A DNA stretch of 54,550 bases from positions 1 through 54,550 of the forward strand of contig JAOPTW010000029.1 of the NCBI GenBank assembly GCA_051532035.1. Reading direction: 5' to 3'. Position numbers and translations under genes: made by a program. This DNA is from Fibrobacterales bacterium. GTDB taxonomy: Bacteria; Fibrobacterota; Fibrobacteria; Fibrobacterales; JAOPTW01. A model generated the notes under the pieces. It worked only from the letters and a program-made list of their open reading frames with translations, had not been told where the DNA came from and did no database searches. This document shows positions 49,019-54,550 of the stretch, piece after piece (position 1 is the stretch's first letter; each line of letters opens with the position of its first letter).

Positions 49019-49612
49019 ATGGCCCCACGTACCGATGAACAGAATGAAGAGATTAGACAACAATCACAACGCAAAATCCTTGATGCCGCATTAGAAACAT
49101 TTGCTCAGAAGGGATATTCAAATAGCACCATGGCATCAATAGCAAAGCAGGCAGGCGTTTCGAAAGGGCTCGCCTACAACTATTTTGCAAACAAAGAAGC
49201 ACTTCTTAAAGAGGTATTTGAAGAGGGTTTTTCGGCTATTGCGACAATAATGAGCGACTCTATTTCTTCTGACCCTCTTAAATCACTTATTAATGTTATT
49301 GAGATATCCTATACCTCATTTAAAGAAAACCTTCCCTTTTGGACTCTCTATTTACAAATCACAATTCAGCCCGATTCCCAGGCAATCATCTCAGAAGAAA
49401 TTCAATCACGTATGCACACCATTATGGGAAATATTATACAACTCTTTTCTGCCCTTGGTGCAAAAGACCCAGAAACAGAGGCCTTCCTTTTTGGCGCTCA
49501 CTTTGATGGAGTACTGTGCGACTATATGATGACGCCCGATACCTACCCTATCGACAAAGTCCAGAATTTATTCATACAACGATACACCGATCTATTCAAA
49601 GGTCGAGCTTAA
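49019..49612 (+). CDS. TetR/AcrR family regulator
   Basis: ILDAALETFAQKGY...IAKQAGVSKGLAYNYFANKEAL. Confidence 0.95.
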   Translation: MAPRTDEQNEEIRQQSQRKILDAALETFAQKGYSNSTMASIAKQAGVSKGLAYNYFANKEALLKEVFEEGFSAIATIMSDSISSDPLKSLINVIEISYTSFKENLPFWTLYLQITIQPDSQAIISEEIQSRMHTIMGNIIQLFSALGAKDPETEAFLFGAHFDGVLCDYMMTPDTYPIDKVQNLFIQRYTDLFKGRA

Positions 49613-49622
49613 AAGGAGTACC

Positions 49623-52526
49623 ATGCGCTACACCATTTATAAAAAACTGTCCGCTCTTATAGCACAGCATCCCGGGAAAATTATTCTGTCGGGAATGGTT
49701 ATCACAATCATAAGCATTATTTTAATGTCGCAAATTCAGATGAAAACCAATTTTGCAGATATGATGCCAGACAACATTCCCCAAATCAAAGAGTATAAGC
49801 AGCTCATTGACAACTACGCCTCGGCCTCGACTATTATGATTGCCATTGAGAGTCCCGAAAAGAATGAGACATTGATGAAGTCAGCCCTCCTTGAAATGGT
49901 CGGCAAGTGGCAAACAGTCCCGTATGTGAAAAGAGATTCAGAACAGGAGCTCACCTTTCGTCAAAACTGGGCCCTCGCTTCAGGCGAGACCGATGTTCCT
50001 GGTGTTAAATGGGATACTCTCAATCTTGTAAAACGCATTGACTTTGAAATGGATCATGAGTTCATCGAAGAGCACGCCTTCATGTCAATGAAAAAGAAGG
50101 ATTTGAAGACCGTCCTTAAGATGTATACAGACCTCTCCATCCCAGGCATGCTCACCAGTATCAACAACAACTTCGAAACAGAATATATTGATGATCAAGA
50201 TAACATGGCATCACTTGACGGCGAAAACCAAGCGGTGAATGGCATTGATGGCGTATTTGAATTTACCAAAAGCATATCAACTTGGATGCAAGAAGAAAAT
50301 AGTGAGAAACTCTTCAATGCTGTTGATCGCATGACAATGGGACCTCGCTACTTCTTCTCATCAGACAAAAAGTTTCTCATGCTTATGATTCAACCTACAG
50401 TTAGTATGAATGAGTGGGATGAACTTATGGCTCTCGGCCATGCAGTAGTCGACACTCTTGATACCTCTATCAAACAGAAGTACCCGACCCTTACCTTTCA
50501 CCCTGCGGGCCTTGCTATTATGGCAGAGTACGAAATGCAAATGCTCAAAGAAGATTTTGGGTGGCCCTCTCTTGTTGCACTGTTACTCATTCTCATCATA
50601 CTCATTGGCTCATTTCGCACCTGGAAAAACCCCTTTTACTCTGTTGTCAGTCTCGTCATCAGCATAATGTGGACCGGCGGGCTTCTCTTTCTCCTCCTAG
50701 ACAATCTCAATCAGATGTCAGCGAGCTTTGGCATTATACTTATCGGTCTTGGCATTGACTTTGCCATACACTACATGTCTGGCTTTAAAGATGGTAGAGA
50801 GCAAGGACTCTCAGTCGAAGAGTCATTCTTTTACATGTATAGAAAAGTAGGTTCAGGTGTAGTCACCGGGGGACTCACTACTGCAGTGGTCTTCTTTACC
50901 CTTGCCGTCCCTCAGTTTGATGCCCTCACCGAAATGGGTATCGCAGTGGGTTCCGGAATAATGGTTTGCCTCTTTGGCATTATGATACTCCTCCCGGCAA
51001 TGATTGCCTGGGATCAAAAAGGGTATTCACTCGTCGGTAATATCTTTAGAAAAATATCCCTCGGCGCGGTACCCAACATCTGGAATAGCTCCATACAATC
51101 CATTCAGAACGCACAATTGACCCGCCCCTTAAAGCCCATTGGAAACGTCATGCAGTTTACCTGGATCGAAAGCCTTGGCAGCATTGTACAAAAACCAGTC
51201 GTCACTGCTTCGCTTCTGATACTCACCGTAGTCACACTCTACCTTTCTTATCTTGGCTTTTACTCAATTGAATTTGAGTATGACATGACAAAACAATACC
51301 CCGACGACACGCCATCTGTTATAGCACAGAATAAAATCATTGACGCATACGAGCTCTCACCCGACTACGCTATGTTTGCATCTAATGACCTTGAAGAGGT
51401 ACGCACTAAAACTGAAAAGCTGAAAAAAATGGGTGAGCGAACCGGACTCATTGGCAGAGTGGATGCAATCACTGAATTTATCCCCCCAATGGAAGAGCAA
51501 CTCAGTTATAACCGGCCCAAAATTGAAGCATTTTCTAAAAAAATTAATAGTATGGATGCTGGCCCCCTCACCAAAGGCGATTTGGAAACAGTCTATAGTG
51601 AGCTCAAGCGACTCCACCAAAATATTGTAGAGATGGGCATTCTCTCAGTTATGGGTTCTGGTGAAAACAATAAAATCAAACGTAAGGCTGATCAAATAGT
51701 GGGGAGTGCCGATTCACTGAGCCTTATTCTTGGCTACATCGAAGAGCTTAAGCAAGAACCCGCCGCACTTGAAAAGCTCAACACCTACAACACACTCCTA
51801 CATACAAGACTTAAAAACCGACTGGTGAAAATGTCAAACAGTGATAGCATTACTATTGAGACATTACCTGAAAGCCTCTCTAAAAGGTATCACCATAAAG
51901 AGAGTGGCGGCAACCTTATTACCGTTTACCCGAAAGACAATGTATGGGACGGCATTAAAATTCGCAACTTTTCTGAAAAGACCGCGAGTATCGATTCATC
52001 CATTACCGGCACCCCCATTATTAACCTCCTCTTTATCGACCTTATATCTGAGTATGGTTCTCAAGCGCTCATGTATGGATTTATAGCAATCATCATCTTT
52101 TTATTGATCGATTTTAAATCCATAAAATACACAGTCATGGCGATACTCCCCCTTTTGATTGGATTTGCATGGATGGTCGGCATTATGGCGCTCCTAGGAA
52201 TGAAATTTGATTATTCAAGTGTCATGGCACTCCCTCTTATTATTGGTATTGGTATTGATGACGGAGTCCATATTTTACATCGCTACAAAATAGAAGGGCG
52301 TGGAAGCATAAAAACCGTACTTCACTATACTGGCCGAGCTATTTTACTTACCTCATTTACTACCTCAATTGGATTTGGTTCTATGGGGCTTGCACAACAT
52401 CAAGGCATTGCAGCCATGGGCCAAACACTGTTTATTGGAGTTTGGACCTGCTTTGTAAGCTCAGTTATTATTATGCCTGCACTCATATCACTCGTTGAAC
52501 GTTTCACTCAAAAGAAAGGAACATAA
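49623..52526 (+). CDS. MMPL/RND (HpnN-like) exporter
   Basis: GLGIDFAIH and GIGIDDGVH, LTT/FTT, two large periplasmic loops. Confidence 0.9.
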   Translation: MRYTIYKKLSALIAQHPGKIILSGMVITIISIILMSQIQMKTNFADMMPDNIPQIKEYKQLIDNYASASTIMIAIESPEKNETLMKSALLEMVGKWQTVPYVKRDSEQELTFRQNWALASGETDVPGVKWDTLNLVKRIDFEMDHEFIEEHAFMSMKKKDLKTVLKMYTDLSIPGMLTSINNNFETEYIDDQDNMASLDGENQAVNGIDGVFEFTKSISTWMQEENSEKLFNAVDRMTMGPRYFFSSDKKFLMLMIQPTVSMNEWDELMALGHAVVDTLDTSIKQKYPTLTFHPAGLAIMAEYEMQMLKEDFGWPSLVALLLILIILIGSFRTWKNPFYSVVSLVISIMWTGGLLFLLLDNLNQMSASFGIILIGLGIDFAIHYMSGFKDGREQGLSVEESFFYMYRKVGSGVVTGGLTTAVVFFTLAVPQFDALTEMGIAVGSGIMVCLFGIMILLPAMIAWDQKGYSLVGNIFRKISLGAVPNIWNSSIQSIQNAQLTRPLKPIGNVMQFTWIESLGSIVQKPVVTASLLILTVVTLYLSYLGFYSIEFEYDMTKQYPDDTPSVIAQNKIIDAYELSPDYAMFASNDLEEVRTKTEKLKKMGERTGLIGRVDAITEFIPPMEEQLSYNRPKIEAFSKKINSMDAGPLTKGDLETVYSELKRLHQNIVEMGILSVMGSGENNKIKRKADQIVGSADSLSLILGYIEELKQEPAALEKLNTYNTLLHTRLKNRLVKMSNSDSITIETLPESLSKRYHHKESGGNLITVYPKDNVWDGIKIRNFSEKTASIDSSITGTPIINLLFIDLISEYGSQALMYGFIAIIIFLLIDFKSIKYTVMAILPLLIGFAWMVGIMALLGMKFDYSSVMALPLIIGIGIDDGVHILHRYKIEGRGSIKTVLHYTGRAILLTSFTTSIGFGSMGLAQHQGIAAMGQTLFIGVWTCFVSSVIIMPALISLVERFTQKKGT

Positions 52527-52527
52527 C

Positions 52528-53265
52528 ATGCGTACTCTACTCTCTCTACTCATCCTCTGCACACTACCGAGCTTTGCCCTTACGGTCGATCAGATACTCG
52601 ACAAAGTTGAAGCAAATGAAGAACCACAAAGCGCAAAAAGTGAAATGCTACAAATCACCTACCCTTCAAACGGGACTTCACGTGAATCAAAACTGACAAG
52701 CTATAGTGCCGACAAGGGTGACAAAAGCTTTATGGAATATACCAGCCCTAAATCAGTGAAAGGGATGAAGATGCTCTCCCTCAATGATGGTGATGAAATC
52801 TGGGTGTACTTCCCCCGTACAAACCGTAAACGGAAAATTGCTGGTTCGAGTCGTAAAGGCTCAATGAATGGCTCTGATTTTTCGTATGAAGACATGAGCC
52901 AGTCCGACAAGAGGGAGGATTACACCTATACGATTATTGGAGAAGAGCAAAAGCTCGATCGAGCGTGTTGGAAAATAGAAGCTATCGCCAAAGACAAAGA
53001 CGAGGAGACATACAGCAAGCTGATACAGTGGGTTGATAAAGAACGGTTTATTGGACTCGTTATTGAGTTCTATGATGAGGATGGTGAACTTTGGAAAGAG
53101 CTCACAATGGAAGGAGTAAAAAAACTTGGCAACTACTGGACTGCCGCAACAATAGAGATGAAAAATATTCAAAAAGGTTCTCGCACTGTTATTAAAGCAA
53201 GTAAACAAGAGTTTGACATTACCATTCCAAAATCCACATTCACACAACGTAATTTAGGTAAATAA
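52528..53265 (+). CDS. LolA-like outer-membrane lipoprotein-sorting protein
   Basis: Signal peptide; SPKSVKG, WVYFP, GSDFSYED, YSKLIQWVD; ATG 52528 preferred. Confidence 0.85.
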   Translation: MRTLLSLLILCTLPSFALTVDQILDKVEANEEPQSAKSEMLQITYPSNGTSRESKLTSYSADKGDKSFMEYTSPKSVKGMKMLSLNDGDEIWVYFPRTNRKRKIAGSSRKGSMNGSDFSYEDMSQSDKREDYTYTIIGEEQKLDRACWKIEAIAKDKDEETYSKLIQWVDKERFIGLVIEFYDEDGELWKELTMEGVKKLGNYWTAATIEMKNIQKGSRTVIKASKQEFDITIPKSTFTQRNLGK

Positions 53266-54521
53266 TGAGACCGCTACTCCTCTTCACTACCCTTGCTCTC
53301 TGCACGGCAATGACTTCTGCTCAAAATATTGAGTTTGGCGGCTACCTCAATGCTAAAGTGCAAGTGATTGATTTTGCAGATACTGCATTTATCGGACATA
53401 CTGAAACCTTCAGACTCGAAGCCAAGCGTGAGATTGAGTCAACAGCATCCCTCGAAGCCCATCTACTCTTTAGTAGTGCATTTGAGGCCATAGACCCCTC
53501 GGCCAACTTTAAAGAGGGGAGTTTTATGGAGAAGGCAAATAACGACCTCATGGCATCTCTCCTTGAAGGCGTCGCACTCCCTTTTGACACTGCAGGTGGG
53601 GCACTGCTGACGGATGACCCCCGTATAACAAACCTTTATTACAGCAGTATGATCTCTAAAGACGCAGTATCCCTTGATAGAGCCGTACTCAAGCTCTTCT
53701 TTACCCATGCAGACTTCTCTATTGGTAAACAAGTTATCTCATGGGGAACGGGTTACGCATGGAACCCTACGGATTTTTGGAATATGAAAAGCCCTACGGA
53801 CCCCGAAGCGGCAAAACTTGGTGTCACAGCACTCCGCACGGAAATCCCTATTGGCGATCTCAGCTCAATTGATCTCGTTGTAGCACCTGGCCTGGGCTTC
53901 GATGAAGGCTCCGCTGGTGTACGGGTAACATCAAATATTGCAGGCTTTGACTATTCACTTATAACGGCACGTCAAATGACCCCCGACAGAACAGTCTATG
54001 GACTCCCTCCAAAGTGGATCACTGGATTTGACCTTGCTGGCGATATTTTTGACGGTATTGGCATTTGGTTTGAAGGCGCCTATAAGAATCGAATATTTAG
54101 TGGACAGAGTATATTTGAAACCGACTCTGCATACGTTGATATAGATGCTGGCTTTAACTACACCTTTGACAATGGCATTATGGCAATGGTCGAGTATTAC
54201 TACAATGGTCTGGGTAAAGAGAGTGCATCGGAATATACTTCAGGTGACTTCATGAATATGTTTAGTGGTGAGATGACCGGCCTTGGGCAGTCATACACCC
54301 TTACATCACTCAGTTATGACTTTCTCGATTTTTATAAGGGAAGTATCAATAGTATCATGAACGTAAATGATCAATCATTTACCCTACTGCCCATTCTTAG
54401 TTACTCATGGAATAGTGATGTCACTCTATCTGTGGGAGCGAATATTTTTATTGGTGAACTTGAAAGCGAATTTGGCTCATTGAAACCTACAGTTTATGGT
54501 GAAGCGAAAGGGTATTTTTAA
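53265..54521 (+). CDS. outer-membrane beta-barrel of the MMPL/LolA-like operon
   Basis: Signal peptide, LDRA, IGKQVISWGTG..WNPTD, EYYYNG, C-terminal AKGYF. Confidence 0.75.
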   Translation: MRPLLLFTTLALCTAMTSAQNIEFGGYLNAKVQVIDFADTAFIGHTETFRLEAKREIESTASLEAHLLFSSAFEAIDPSANFKEGSFMEKANNDLMASLLEGVALPFDTAGGALLTDDPRITNLYYSSMISKDAVSLDRAVLKLFFTHADFSIGKQVISWGTGYAWNPTDFWNMKSPTDPEAAKLGVTALRTEIPIGDLSSIDLVVAPGLGFDEGSAGVRVTSNIAGFDYSLITARQMTPDRTVYGLPPKWITGFDLAGDIFDGIGIWFEGAYKNRIFSGQSIFETDSAYVDIDAGFNYTFDNGIMAMVEYYYNGLGKESASEYTSGDFMNMFSGEMTGLGQSYTLTSLSYDFLDFYKGSINSIMNVNDQSFTLLPILSYSWNSDVTLSVGANIFIGELESEFGSLKPTVYGEAKGYF

Positions 54522-54550
54522 AACCAACTTTTAAATCTTATATAACAAAG

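Noticed and set aside
1..54550. CRISPR array, transposase, rRNA or anti-phage defence genes
   Set aside because: No regularly spaced repeats or recognisable motifs seen on reading

Overview
Bacterial chromosomal segment, roughly 40% GC by eye, mostly + strand genes. T9SS-type C-terminal domains and a PorV/FadL-like barrel tentatively suggest an FCB-group organism such as Fibrobacterota (inference). Order: LOG-family protein, carboxylesterase, an unannotated 49-aa membrane ORF, a dnaN-(barrel)-recF-dciA-gyrB-purA-crp operon without dnaA or gyrA, envelope genes (PASTA, TPR, LolB-like, M6-like pseudo-protease), ABC-F, AI-2E transporter, cheX divergent from three degenerate HD-GYP paralogs, a glycosyltransferase/gmhA/MMPL/MsbA-like cluster, tRNA-Glu, an AT-rich gene pair, mnmD, folA-thyA-usp-dUTPase, a lipoprotein and barrel, and a TetR-MMPL-LolA-like-barrel export operon. 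Best candidate for a new system: the gene pair at 38481-41459 encodes an alpha-oxoamine synthase (CqsA/LqsA/SPT/BioF family) next to a class III adenylate cyclase whose membrane domain resembles the CqsS/LqsS autoinducer sensor. Two nearby promoters have CRP boxes in class II geometry, and the window encodes an intact cAMP-binding CRP. This suggests a ketone-autoinducer quorum-sensing circuit that signals through cAMP-CRP rather than a phosphorelay. All family calls come from motif recognition by eye; no searches were run.
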